Source: Candidatus Doudnabacteria bacterium
GTDB taxonomy: Bacteria; Patescibacteriota; Doudnabacteria; UBA920
Direction: 5' to 3'
DNA: 64,000 bases
NCBI GenBank assembly: GCA_963837465.1
Contig: CAWINB010000004.1
Location: forward strand, 138,853-202,852
Part shown: positions 1-8,213 of the stretch, in pieces
Layout of the letters: each line of letters opens with the position of its first letter
Numbering within the stretch: the first letter of the stretch is position 1
Notes under the pieces: generated by a model
Told to the model about the DNA's origin: nothing
The model's database searches: none
What the model saw: the letters and a program-made list of their open reading frames with translations, nothing else
Made by a program: the position numbers and the translations under genes

Positions 1-125
1 GCGGGCAAGCCCCTGCAATTTAATACATTAATTTAAATATTTTAGTATTAAACGAGGAAGTTCTGAGCGATTGATTAGTATAACCGAGTTTCCTAAAACG
101 GTCAATCTAGTATAAAATAAGCTTA

Positions 126-524
126 ATGGACAACAAATACAGCTTAACCCTTAACGACATCCCGGCCTTTGCCAAACAGCTTGCCCAACAACTTAAAGGC
201 GGGGAAATTTTTGCCCTTGTTGGCCCTTTGGGAGCCGGCAAAACCACGCTGGTTAAAGCCGTAGCCAAAGAGATCAAAATTAAACACCGCCTTTCCAGCC
301 CGACTTTCGCCCTGATGCACCGGTTTGAAGCCAAGCTAAAATCCGGCAAAAAAATCCTGTTTTACCATTTGGATTTGTACCGGGTAAAAAACTTTAAGGA
401 AGCCGAAGCTCTGGGTTTGCGTGAATTTTGGGGCCGGCCCGATATCATAACTTTTATAGAGTGGGGCGATAAAATTAAAAAGCATCTGCCGGCCAAAACC
501 AGGCGGATTAAATTTATAAATTGA
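126..524 (+). CDS. tsaE: tRNA threonylcarbamoyladenosine biosynthesis protein TsaE (P-loop ATPase)
   Basis: 132 aa; Walker A motif GPLGAGKTT near the N-terminus; size and motif order typical of the YjeE/TsaE family. Confidence 0.8.
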   Translation: MDNKYSLTLNDIPAFAKQLAQQLKGGEIFALVGPLGAGKTTLVKAVAKEIKIKHRLSSPTFALMHRFEAKLKSGKKILFYHLDLYRVKNFKEAEALGLREFWGRPDIITFIEWGDKIKKHLPAKTRRIKFIN

Positions 525-1834
525 TGGCGAAAAGAACTCTTACCATTACGGCTTTTGTTGTCTTGACGGTTTTTACCCGCGCGCCCGGGGTTTTGGCGCA
601 AAGCGCGGGAACGGCGTTTGTCCCGTTAGAGAACACGACTGCTTCTGTAAATAATGCCAAAAATAATAGCGATCAAGCCAAACAAACCAATTCTCTAACG
701 GGGTTTGCTTTTACCTTTGGGCAAAAAACTTTTCCGGTAAGCCGGGCCGCGGTGGATTCCTGGCAGGACCAAACCGGAGATTCGTCGGATGTCAACTTAA
801 GCCCCCCTCCCCAAAATCTGGTGGATAGTTTGCTGGCCGCTCTGGGACAACTGGCGCCGGCGCAGGATATTTACAGCGCATCCGGTTCCGGTTCCAATTA
901 CAGGCTGGACTTGATTTATAACTATATTCAAACTTTAGCCCCGCAAATAAACCAGCCTGACATTGAACCGGTTCTGCGGATACAAAACAACCGGGTGACG
1001 GAATTCACGCCGCCGCAGGACGGGGAAACCCTGAACACTTACATGAGCGCCTGGGACGCTTTGACGGCCCTGAATTCCGGAGCATCTTCAGCCGCGCTTT
1101 CAGTAAGCCAGACCCAGCCGCAAACGCAGCTGAGCCAGACCAATAACCTGGGCATTAACCAGTTAATCGGCGAAGGCGTTTCCAGTTTTAAAGGCTCGCC
1201 CAACAACCGCCGCCACAACATTGCCGCGGGTATTACAAAATTCCAGGGGATAATTTTGCCCCAGGGCGCGACCTTTAGTTTTGATGATGATCTCGGGCCG
1301 GTTACGGCAACGGCCGGCTTTTTACCCGAACTGGTAATTGACGATGGCAACACCCTGCCCGAACTTGGCGGCGGTTTGTGCCAGGTTTCCACCACAACTT
1401 TCAGGGCGGCCATGGCCGCCGGTCTGCCCATTACCGACCGCCGCAACCACGCCTACGCCGTGGAATATTATTCGCCGCAGGGCACGGACGCCACAATTTA
1501 TCCCGACTCGGCGGATTTAAAATTCGTCAACGACACGCCGGGCGCGATTATGATCTGGCCGTACGAAAAAGACAGTAACACTTTGGTGTTTGATTTTTAC
1601 GGAACGAACGACGGACGGCAAGTCACTCTGGAAAAGCCAGTAGTCTACGACCGCCAGGCCGATGGCGCCATGAAAGCCACCTGGACCCGCCTTGTCACCA
1701 ACGCAGCCGGAGTGACCCGCACCGACATCTTTAATTCCAACTACCAACCGCCCGCCCTGTTCCATAAAACCGAAACCTTTGTAAGCGCCACCGGCGCGCA
1801 AACCAGCGGACTGGCAATGCCAAAGGGAAATTAA
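521..1834 (+). CDS. VanW-domain secreted protein
   Basis: 437 aa; N-terminal signal/TM segment; C-terminal block GGGLCQVSTTTFRAAMAAGLPI...YPDSADLKF resembles the VanW domain; 4 nt overlap with tsaE. Confidence 0.65.
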   Translation: MMAKRTLTITAFVVLTVFTRAPGVLAQSAGTAFVPLENTTASVNNAKNNSDQAKQTNSLTGFAFTFGQKTFPVSRAAVDSWQDQTGDSSDVNLSPPPQNLVDSLLAALGQLAPAQDIYSASGSGSNYRLDLIYNYIQTLAPQINQPDIEPVLRIQNNRVTEFTPPQDGETLNTYMSAWDALTALNSGASSAALSVSQTQPQTQLSQTNNLGINQLIGEGVSSFKGSPNNRRHNIAAGITKFQGIILPQGATFSFDDDLGPVTATAGFLPELVIDDGNTLPELGGGLCQVSTTTFRAAMAAGLPITDRRNHAYAVEYYSPQGTDATIYPDSADLKFVNDTPGAIMIWPYEKDSNTLVFDFYGTNDGRQVTLEKPVVYDRQADGAMKATWTRLVTNAAGVTRTDIFNSNYQPPALFHKTETFVSATGAQTSGLAMPKGN

Positions 1835-1848
1835 AACTGCTTGACAAT

Positions 1849-2175
1849 GTGGAGTTTAGTATATACAATATTGATATGACTGATCCCGAATTGCCAGAAC
1901 CCATAGCCTTTGAATGGGATGAGCATAACAGGACAAAAATTCGGCTTAGGCACAACATCACATTGGAAGAAGCCGAACAGGCTTTTTTTAACTCTCGAAA
2001 GATAATTGTTGACCAAAAACACAGCGCCGCGGAACAGAGATATCAATTATTGGGAATTAATAATGCGGACAAAATTTTATTCATTGTTTTTACTATTCGG
2101 CAGCGAAAAATCAGGATAATTTCGGCACGCAACGCCAGTAAAAAAGAAAGGGGCGGTTATGGCAAAAAAACTTAA
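1849..2175 (+). CDS. brnT: BrnT-family ribonuclease toxin (DUF497)
   Basis: 108 aa; FEWDEHN...RIISARNASKKE pattern of BrnT/DUF497; overlaps the downstream antitoxin gene by 17 nt. Confidence 0.75.
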   Translation: MEFSIYNIDMTDPELPEPIAFEWDEHNRTKIRLRHNITLEEAEQAFFNSRKIIVDQKHSAAEQRYQLLGINNADKILFIVFTIRQRKIRIISARNASKKERGGYGKKT

Positions 2176-2437
2176 AAAAATCCCAAAATTTAAAAACGAA
2201 GACGAAGAGGCGGAATTTTGGAACACTCACGACTCTACGGCTTATTTTGACTGGTCAAAAGCGCAAAATGTAATTTTTCCCAACCTCAAACCCACCTCAA
2301 CTTCCATCTCCATAAGGATACCCAACTACCTGTTGGCCCGGCTAAAACAACGCGCCAACTCGCTGAACATCCCCTACCAAACCTTAATGAAACAATCCAT
2401 AGCCAAAGAAGTCGCCAAAAAACCTTACGAGGCTTAA
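2159..2437 (+). CDS. brnA: BrnA-family antitoxin (CopG-like)
   Basis: 92 aa; C-terminal IRIPNYLLARLKQRANSLNIPYQTLMKQ block typical of BrnA; overlapping gene pair with BrnT. Confidence 0.7.
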   Translation: MAKKLKKIPKFKNEDEEAEFWNTHDSTAYFDWSKAQNVIFPNLKPTSTSISIRIPNYLLARLKQRANSLNIPYQTLMKQSIAKEVAKKPYEA

Positions 2438-2446
2438 TCAATTAAA

Positions 2447-2480
2447 CAGCCGCTGCAATTGCAGCGGCTGATGTTTTATC
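2447..2480. terminator. intrinsic terminator hairpin between convergent genes
   Basis: perfect 12 bp stem cagccgctgcaa/ttgcagcggctg followed by T-run; lies between the brnA stop and the stop of the minus-strand lipoprotein gene. Confidence 0.6.
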
Positions 2481-2486
2481 TGTCAA

Positions 2487-2888
2487 TTATTTTGCGAAGG
2501 GCCCATTGGATTGTCCGTTATCTGCCACAATATTTGCCAAATTAAAACTATTTTCCGTTCCCAAATAATCCACCAAAACTTTCTTGCCAACAAGCTGGCT
2601 GAAATCCTTTTGGGTTTTTATGTAGAGTCTATCGGGCTGGGTGGCGGACTTTGCGCCGGGCTGATTTACCAGCATCAAATTACCCTTGGCCAAATCATCG
2701 GAAACTTCCAAAGTCCCGCTATAAACAGGCAAATTTGGGGAAGTTACCGAAGGTAATTTGGCCTGGAGATTCATGCTTGTGCCGGATACCGACGAAGAAA
2801 CCGGCGCTTGGCTTGAACTACTGCCCTGTTTGCCGCACCCGGCGGCCAGCAAAGCGACAACCGGAAACGCAAATAGGAGTTTTTTCAT
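2487..2888 (-). CDS. lipoprotein (lipobox signal peptide)
   Basis: internal Met start gives MKKLLFAFPVVALLAAGC lipobox; upstream extension of the ORF judged non-coding. Confidence 0.55.
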   Translation of the reverse strand: MKKLLFAFPVVALLAAGCGKQGSSSSQAPVSSSVSGTSMNLQAKLPSVTSPNLPVYSGTLEVSDDLAKGNLMLVNQPGAKSATQPDRLYIKTQKDFSQLVGKKVLVDYLGTENSFNLANIVADNGQSNGPFAK

Positions 2889-2898
2889 AAAATATTTA

Positions 2899-3717
2899 CT
2901 ATTGAACCATATTAAAGAAGCCAGAAGTAGCTTGAGCAGTTCCATCGACTTCATTGATTGAAATTTTAAAAGTTTGCCCTGAAGGATTTAAAATACTTGT
3001 TCCATTAGGGTACATTTGGTTTTGTATCGTCCAAGAATAAGAACCCTGCGAAGCGGGCACACCGCCAATAGGAGTAATAGGTTCAGATGCCTCTTGTGCG
3101 CCATTGCTATTGTAGTAAGCAAGAGTAATATAAACATCTTTTACATCAGTTGAAGTCCATGTGATGTTATGTGTTTCGCCAATACGCCAGGTCTCTCCTC
3201 CAATAGGCGAAGTAATATTTATAGCAGATGTCGCTGACGTCTTGATGTTTATAGGTATGGATTTTGTTGCATAATTACCCTTATCATCTTTTACGATGAA
3301 ATTGACAGTGTAATTTAGACTGCGTTGATAAGAATGAGAAATAGTTGGGCTTTGGCTAGTAGCGAACTTCAATAACAACTTAGAGCAGTCAGTTCCGGGA
3401 GGGCCGCCACAACCAATTCCCTCGTCCCCAAAAATCGCACCATAGGATAGATTGCTGTTTACTGAATCACTTGCGTTAATTGTCCATGTTCCAGTTTGTC
3501 CTACGACTAAAGTTGTTGGTCCGGAAACACTATTTATTGTAAGCTCGGGGTTGGGTGTGGACGTGGCAGGTGATGTGGGCATCGGACCAGGTTGGGTTGG
3601 GAGTGTCTTTTGAACTACTGGGGCTTGAACGGGGGTTGAACCAGAGGCCTGCTGTGAGGAGTTACATCCAGCGGCTAATAAAGCGACAATAGGAAACGCG
3701 AATAATAGTTTTTTCAT
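2899..3717 (-). CDS. Ser/Thr-rich lipoprotein, paralog of the downstream lipoprotein
   Basis: 272 aa; N-terminus MKKLLFAFPIVALLAAGC is identical at protein level to the neighbouring gene but with many synonymous DNA differences. Confidence 0.6.
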   Translation of the reverse strand: MKKLLFAFPIVALLAAGCNSSQQASGSTPVQAPVVQKTLPTQPGPMPTSPATSTPNPELTINSVSGPTTLVVGQTGTWTINASDSVNSNLSYGAIFGDEGIGCGGPPGTDCSKLLLKFATSQSPTISHSYQRSLNYTVNFIVKDDKGNYATKSIPINIKTSATSAINITSPIGGETWRIGETHNITWTSTDVKDVYITLAYYNSNGAQEASEPITPIGGVPASQGSYSWTIQNQMYPNGTSILNPSGQTFKISINEVDGTAQATSGFFNMVQ

Positions 3718-3844
3718 GGATTGTTGATAATTAAGGATAGTAAGGATAGTATAATCCTTTTTATTTTAAATTACCACTAAACATTTTTTAATTCGCAAAT
3801 AGCCCTAAAATGTAGTAAAATGGCATATATAAACAAGTTCCAAA

Positions 3845-4897
3845 ATGATTAAATCAAACAATCAAAATCAGGATATTCCTCCGGCCGCGGCCGAAACCGT
3901 TGATGAAGATGAAGTTATTATAGAGCAGAGCCTGCGGCCGGATTTGCTGGATGAGTATATTGGGCAGGACGCGGTTAAGAAGAATTTGCAGATTATTATG
4001 CAGGCGGCCAAGGGGCGCGGGGAAATTTTGGAGCATCTGCTATTTTACGGCCCGCCGGGTTTGGGCAAAACCACTCTGGCTTTTATTGTGGCCAAAGAGA
4101 TGGGCGGCAGTATTAAGGTTACATCCGGGCCAGCAATAGAACGGGCCGGCGATTTGGCATCGCTTTTGACCAACTTAAGCGAAGGCGATGTGTTATTTAT
4201 AGACGAAATCCACCGCCTTAACAAAGCCGTGGAAGAAGTTTTGTATCCTGCAATGGAAGATGGTGTTCTGGATATTGTTTTGGGCAAAGGGCCGGGCGCC
4301 CGTTCAATAAGAATGGACTTGCCAAAGTTCACTCTAATTGGCGCCACAACCAGAGTAGGTATGATTTCCAGCCCTTTGCGCGACCGCTTTGGCGCCACTT
4401 ACCGGCTGGAGTATTATCCAGAAGAGGATTTGGAAAAGATTATTATCCGCAGCGGGGAAATTTTAAAAACTGTATTGGATAACCAAGCAGCCGGCGAACT
4501 GTCCCGCCGCAGCCGTTTTACGCCGCGTATTGCCAACCGCCTGCTTAAGCGCGTACGCGATTTTGCCCAAGTCCACGGCCATGATATAATTAATTTAGAT
4601 ATAGCCAAAAAGGCTTTGGAACTGCTGGAAATAGACGCCCAGGGCCTGGATAAAAACGACCGCCGCATTCTGGAAACACTAATCCATAAATTTTCCGGCG
4701 GACCGGTGGGCTTAAACACTTTAGCCGCGGCCACCAGCGAAGAAGAAGATACAATTACGGACGTCCACGAACCGTTTTTAATCCGCCTCGGGCTTTTAAC
4801 CAAAACCCCCAAAGGCCGGGTAGCCACGGAAGCCGCGTATCGGCATTTAGGAATTAATGTTCAGAGCTCAGATAATAAACAAAAAACCCTTCTGTAA
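3845..4897 (+). CDS. ruvB: Holliday junction branch migration ATPase RuvB
   Basis: 350 aa; [12 protein letters not shown]...[15 protein letters not shown] Walker A, AAA+ layout and C-terminal winged helix typical of RuvB. Confidence 0.95.
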   Translation: MIKSNNQNQDIPPAAAETVDEDEVIIEQSLRPDLLDEYIGQDAVKKNLQIIMQAAKGRGEILEHLLFYGPPGLGKTTLAFIVAKEMGGSIKVTSGPAIERAGDLASLLTNLSEGDVLFIDEIHRLNKAVEEVLYPAMEDGVLDIVLGKGPGARSIRMDLPKFTLIGATTRVGMISSPLRDRFGATYRLEYYPEEDLEKIIIRSGEILKTVLDNQAAGELSRRSRFTPRIANRLLKRVRDFAQVHGHDIINLDIAKKALELLEIDAQGLDKNDRRILETLIHKFSGGPVGLNTLAAATSEEEDTITDVHEPFLIRLGLLTKTPKGRVATEAAYRHLGINVQSSDNKQKTLL

Positions 4898-4993
4898 TTT
4901 CAAATTCCAAATATCAAATTTCCAATAAAATCCCAATGCTTAAAGTTTAAAACCCTGGCATCCGACATTCATTTTAAATTTTTAATTTGATAT

Positions 4994-5221
4994 TTGAAAT
5001 TAATTTTTATGGATCCCTCAACCCCAGCCAACCTGCTTATTTCCGGCATCTATTACATCTTAACCGGACTGACAACTTTTTTTTCCATGTTTGGCGTTTA
5101 TATTTTGATCCGCTACGGCAGGACCAAATCCCTGGCTTTTTCCATTGCCATAATTTACGCCATATTTTTTTTAAAAATCCTGGCCGAAAGCTACGGAACA
5201 CTTCACGCATTGGTGTCCTAA
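4994..5221 (+). CDS. small hydrophobic protein (2 predicted TM helices), hypothetical
   Basis: 75 aa ORF with two hydrophobic stretches; no homology recognised; alternative frame overlaps a long ORF whose 5' part looks non-coding. Confidence 0.3.
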   Translation: MKLIFMDPSTPANLLISGIYYILTGLTTFFSMFGVYILIRYGRTKSLAFSIAIIYAIFFLKILAESYGTLHALVS

Positions 5222-5268
5222 ATTTTTGTCATTTTTATTATTTTTGCTCATTTTTGTCATTACTCTCT

Positions 5269-5817
5269 ATGCCCGAAAAACTTTTTCCAAGCCAGATGGA
5301 CAACGAGCAAATTTACCTCGTAGTGCGCGAGCACTGGGTACATTTGACGCTCAAACTTTTGGCTTGGGCCTTTTTCGCGGCTATACTGGTAATTTTTGAA
5401 CGCTGGGCCAATGCCAGCCTTCCGTCTCTGTTCCTGGGTACCTGGGGCGAAATCACTTTACTGTTTACGCAAATCTATACCCTGCTTTTGGTCATGGCGC
5501 TGTTTTTAATTATCGTTTTTCATTACCTGAATATTCAGGCCATCACCAATATTCGAGTGGTGGATATTACCCAGGAAGGCTTGTTTTCCCACACCATTTC
5601 CGAACTGCATATAGATAAAATAGAAGATGCCACCAGCCAGAGCAACGGGATTTTGGGCACGATTTTTGACTACGGCGATGTTTACGTGCAAACCGCGGGC
5701 ACGGCCGAACGCTTTGATTTTCACAACGTGCCCAACCCCGCCGGCATAGAAAAACTGGTACTGGATTTATACGAAAAAAATTCCAACGCCGCCAAGAACG
5801 CCGGCGCGGGAGCGTAA
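5269..5817 (+). CDS. membrane protein with bacterial PH-like (bPH_2/YdbT-like) domain
   Basis: internal ATG at 5269 follows an intergenic repeat array; two TM helices then a soluble domain (VVDITQEGLF...DYGDVYVQTAGT) like bPH_2. Confidence 0.5.
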   Translation: MPEKLFPSQMDNEQIYLVVREHWVHLTLKLLAWAFFAAILVIFERWANASLPSLFLGTWGEITLLFTQIYTLLLVMALFLIIVFHYLNIQAITNIRVVDITQEGLFSHTISELHIDKIEDATSQSNGILGTIFDYGDVYVQTAGTAERFDFHNVPNPAGIEKLVLDLYEKNSNAAKNAGAGA

Positions 5818-5847
5818 AATCCAGACAATTGACAATTAAGGTTAATC

Positions 5848-5883
5848 ATTTCCGCCAGAGGCGGATCCGCCTCTGGCGGAAAT
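5848..5883. repeat. perfect 36 bp palindrome centred on GGATCC (copy 1 of 2)
   Basis: atttccgccagaggcgga|tccgcctctggcggaaat; the left half is the exact reverse complement of the right half; second near-identical copy at 43111-43146. Confidence 0.9.
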
Positions 5884-5893
5884 CGTCAATCAT

Positions 5894-6328
5894 ATGAAAG
5901 TAGTAGCCATATCCGGAGGATTCGATCCTGTACATATAGGTCATGTGGAAATGATGAAGGAAGCCAAAGAACTTGGCGACAGACTGGTCGTGATTATAAA
6001 TAACGACAATTGGCTTACGCTAAAAAAAGGGTTCGTTTTTATGCCGGAGCAAGAGCGGGCCGAAATAATTAAAGCAATAAGGTACGTGGATGATGTAATA
6101 ATCACCAAGCACGAACCGGGCACCAAAGATATCTCTATTTGCAGAGAGTTGGAAGAGTTGAAACCCGACATCTTCGCCAACGGCGGCGACCGAAAGCCGG
6201 ACGGCGACCCTATCCCCGAAGTGGAGCTTTGCCAACGCTTAGGCATAGAGCTGGTTTACAACGTCGGCCACAGCGGCAAAATCCAAAGCTCCAGCGAACT
6301 GGTAAAAAAAGCCGCGAAAATGAAATAA
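5894..6328 (+). CDS. cytidylyl/adenylyltransferase-like nucleotidyltransferase (HldE domain II / TagD-like)
   Basis: 144 aa; N-terminal ISGGFDPVHIGH (HxGH nucleotidyltransferase motif). Confidence 0.65.
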   Translation: MKVVAISGGFDPVHIGHVEMMKEAKELGDRLVVIINNDNWLTLKKGFVFMPEQERAEIIKAIRYVDDVIITKHEPGTKDISICRELEELKPDIFANGGDRKPDGDPIPEVELCQRLGIELVYNVGHSGKIQSSSELVKKAAKMK

Positions 6329-6344
6329 CAGGCTTGTTAAGTTA

Positions 6345-6375
6345 AAATACCCTTATGTTTAAGGGTATTTTTGTT
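6345..6375 (+). terminator. intrinsic terminator
   Basis: hairpin aaataccctta-tgtt-taagggtattt followed by TTTTG, 17 nt after the stop at 6328. Confidence 0.65.
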
Positions 6376-6389
6376 AGAAAATTTAACTA

Positions 6390-6418
6390 TTGACAAACCA
6401 TATGCTTTGTAGTAATAT
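6390..6418 (+). promoter_or_regulatory. sigma70-like promoter (TTGACA-17-TAATAT)
   Basis: ttgaca at 6390-6395, 17 nt spacer, taatat at 6413-6418; would drive a ~170 nt leader before the brnT-like gene. Confidence 0.5.
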
Positions 6419-6424
6419 ATTTAT

Positions 6425-6586
6425 GGGCCTGTTGCCAAATGGGCTTTTGAGGTAAAAATTAAGAATTTTGAGGCAGTCGGTCAAAACAAATTTTGACGTT
6501 TAACTTTTAGTTAAGCTGATAAATTTTTTTGGTCGAATGACCAAAATTATGAATTTTTAACCAAAATGACATTTGGCAACAGGCCC
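6425..6586. repeat. structured leader element A bounded by a 17 bp perfect inverted repeat
   Basis: gggcctgttgccaaatg (6425-6441) and catttggcaacaggccc (6570-6586) flank a ~110 nt core homologous to 6860-7000; the 3' arm ends 5 nt before the ATG at 6592. Confidence 0.7.
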
Positions 6587-6591
6587 TTTAT

Positions 6592-6822
6592 ATGAAACCT
6601 TTTGCTTGGGACCAAAATAAAAACAATCTGCTTAAAACCACAAGAGGGGTAGGTTTTGAAGATGTCAGGACAGCGATTTTAGATAAAAAGGTTCTTGATG
6701 ACTTCCCTAATCCCCACCCCGGCAGATACCCGGGCCAGAGAATGACCGTAGTAGAAATTAATAACTACGCCTATTTAATCCCTTATGTTGAAAACGAGAA
6801 TATAATTTTTTTAAAACAATAA
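6592..6822 (+). CDS. BrnT-like toxin (DUF497), short form
   Basis: 76 aa; FAWDQNKNN...GVGFEDV...NIIFLK resembles the BrnT/DUF497 N-terminal and core blocks; C-terminus shorter than copy 1. Confidence 0.5.
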   Translation: MKPFAWDQNKNNLLKTTRGVGFEDVRTAILDKKVLDDFPNPHPGRYPGQRMTVVEINNYAYLIPYVENENIIFLKQ

Positions 6823-6859
6823 TCCCGAGCGGGAAAGCCACTAAAAAATATCTAAGAAG

Positions 6860-7000
6860 ATGTTTAAAAAGTGCTTTGAAGGCGAAATTTCAGAATTTTG
6901 AGTGGATTGGCAGAAATAATTTTTGACGTTTAGCCTAAAGCTAAGCGGATAAAATTTTTCTGACAAGACGCCAAAATTATGAAATTGCGGCCCAAATGAC
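6860..7000. repeat. structured leader element B (paralog of element A)
   Basis: ~75 percent identity to 6455-6575; conserved blocks gaattttgag, tttgacgttta, ccaaaattatgaa, aaatgac. Confidence 0.7.
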
Positions 7001-7035
7001 TTTTTAAACAGCTTCTAAGGAAAGGAGAATAATAT

Positions 7036-7407
7036 ATGGATCCTAAATACAAAAAAACTGATTTCGGTTACGAACTCGACGACTACGAAGCGGAGCTTGA
7101 GGAAGCTTTTGACAAAGGCGAGTTTAAACGTGCGCCCGATTTTGAGGAACAGAAAAGAAAGCTCATGGCTGCGGCCAGGGCAACTATGGAAAAAACAAAA
7201 AATATCAACATTCGCATTTCACAAGGCGATCTTTTTGATATCCAAGACAAAGCAAGGGAGCAGGGCATCCCTTACCAAACCCTAATATCTTCACTCATCC
7301 ACCAATATTCCAGAAATAAAATAGACTATAACGTTTTAAGGGAACCCGGCAAACCCTACCGGACTTTTACCCCAAAACCGGCCAAAACCAAAAAGAGCGG
7401 CAAATAG
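7036..7407 (+). CDS. BrnA-like antitoxin (CopG/RHH-like)
   Basis: 123 aa; NINIRISQGDLFDIQDKAREQGIPYQTLISSLIHQY matches the BrnA C-terminal block; paralog of brnA at 2159-2437; RBS aaaggag upstream. Confidence 0.6.
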   Translation: MDPKYKKTDFGYELDDYEAELEEAFDKGEFKRAPDFEEQKRKLMAAARATMEKTKNINIRISQGDLFDIQDKAREQGIPYQTLISSLIHQYSRNKIDYNVLREPGKPYRTFTPKPAKTKKSGK

Positions 7408-7420
7408 CCGCTCTTTTTGA
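7394..7420 (+). terminator. intrinsic terminator overlapping the brnA-like stop codon
   Basis: agagcggc-aaata-gccgctct then TTTTTG. Confidence 0.55.
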
Positions 7421-7563
7421 TTTGACTTAATTTTCGCAAAGCTGTACTTTTAAGTAAAGTTATGTCCTCAATTAAGTTAAGATATAAATTCATCAGCTCC
7501 GTGTGGTGGAACCTGCGCCTTTCGCAAAGCTGATTTGAACGTGTCTAAATTTTAAGATTTAGC

Positions 7564-7597
7564 GCCTTCTGCTGCTTCGCGGAAGGCTTTTTTGTTT
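7564..7597 (+). terminator. intrinsic terminator of an unannotated short transcript
   Basis: gccttc-tgctgcttcgcg-gaaggc then TTTTTTG; no recognised ORF upstream in the preceding 150 nt. Confidence 0.5.
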
Positions 7598-7707
7598 GTG
7601 CTGACGACTGGCGCAAGCTCTTTTGGGCATGCTGTGGTGGCCAGCACGGACAAGAAATTACATACGGCAAAGGGTGCTGGCTTTGCCAAACCAAGGAGGT
7701 TTTAAAA

Positions 7708-8150
7708 TGACGCATTTAAGCTTAAGTTTTGCCAGCGCCAAGGTTACTGGCGATGGCAGGATTACAGAGCAACTCAAATTTCCACAACACGGCTACCCGG
7801 ACACGACAGCTTGGTATTTTAAAAAGGGTGTCGTACAAATACCAATCCGCTATAAGCCCAAAGGCTTTACGGGAATAAGGCTGTCCTTTCACCGAACCGA
7901 GGTGGAATACATAAACCAGCAAAGCCAGGGAGCTTTCTTGGAACTTTGCGCCGATGGCCGGGATGACTGTTTTGTACAATTGGTCAACAAGCAAGAAGCG
8001 ATAACGGCCCTCCAAGCTTTGATTTCAAAGCTTCCCGAACGCATCGATAACTGGTTTTTCCTCTGGAAGCTGGAAGTACTGGTGGGTTACTGTATTTCCG
8101 CACTCGCCAAGCATAGGAGTCAAGCCATCCTGTTGGTTAGTCACGGATAA
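7708..8150 (+). CDS. hypothetical protein
   Basis: internal ATG at 7708 preceded by RBS aaggagg; 147 aa; no recognised domain. Confidence 0.45.
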
Positions 8151-8160
8151 GCGAAAAATA

Positions 8161-8193
8161 AAAGCCCTTGGGTGAAACCAAGGGCTTTGTTTT
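8161..8193. terminator. bidirectional intrinsic terminator
   Basis: aaagcccttgg-gtgaaa-ccaagggcttt flanked by A-run and T-run; between convergent genes (7708-8150 plus, infB minus). Confidence 0.7.
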
Positions 8194-8213
8194 AATTTAT
8201 TGTGTTGTTTTAG

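Noticed and set aside
4987-5268. N-terminal 94 codons of the 276 aa ORF (MIFEINFYGSL...)
   Set aside because: Low-complexity, runs through the TGACAAAAAT repeat array and a likely small membrane-protein gene in another frame; the bPH-domain protein starts more plausibly at ATG 5269
6380-7035. CRISPR array
   Set aside because: Only two copies of a ~110 nt unit with 75 percent identity, each preceding a gene; no short regular repeat-spacer periodicity anywhere in the window
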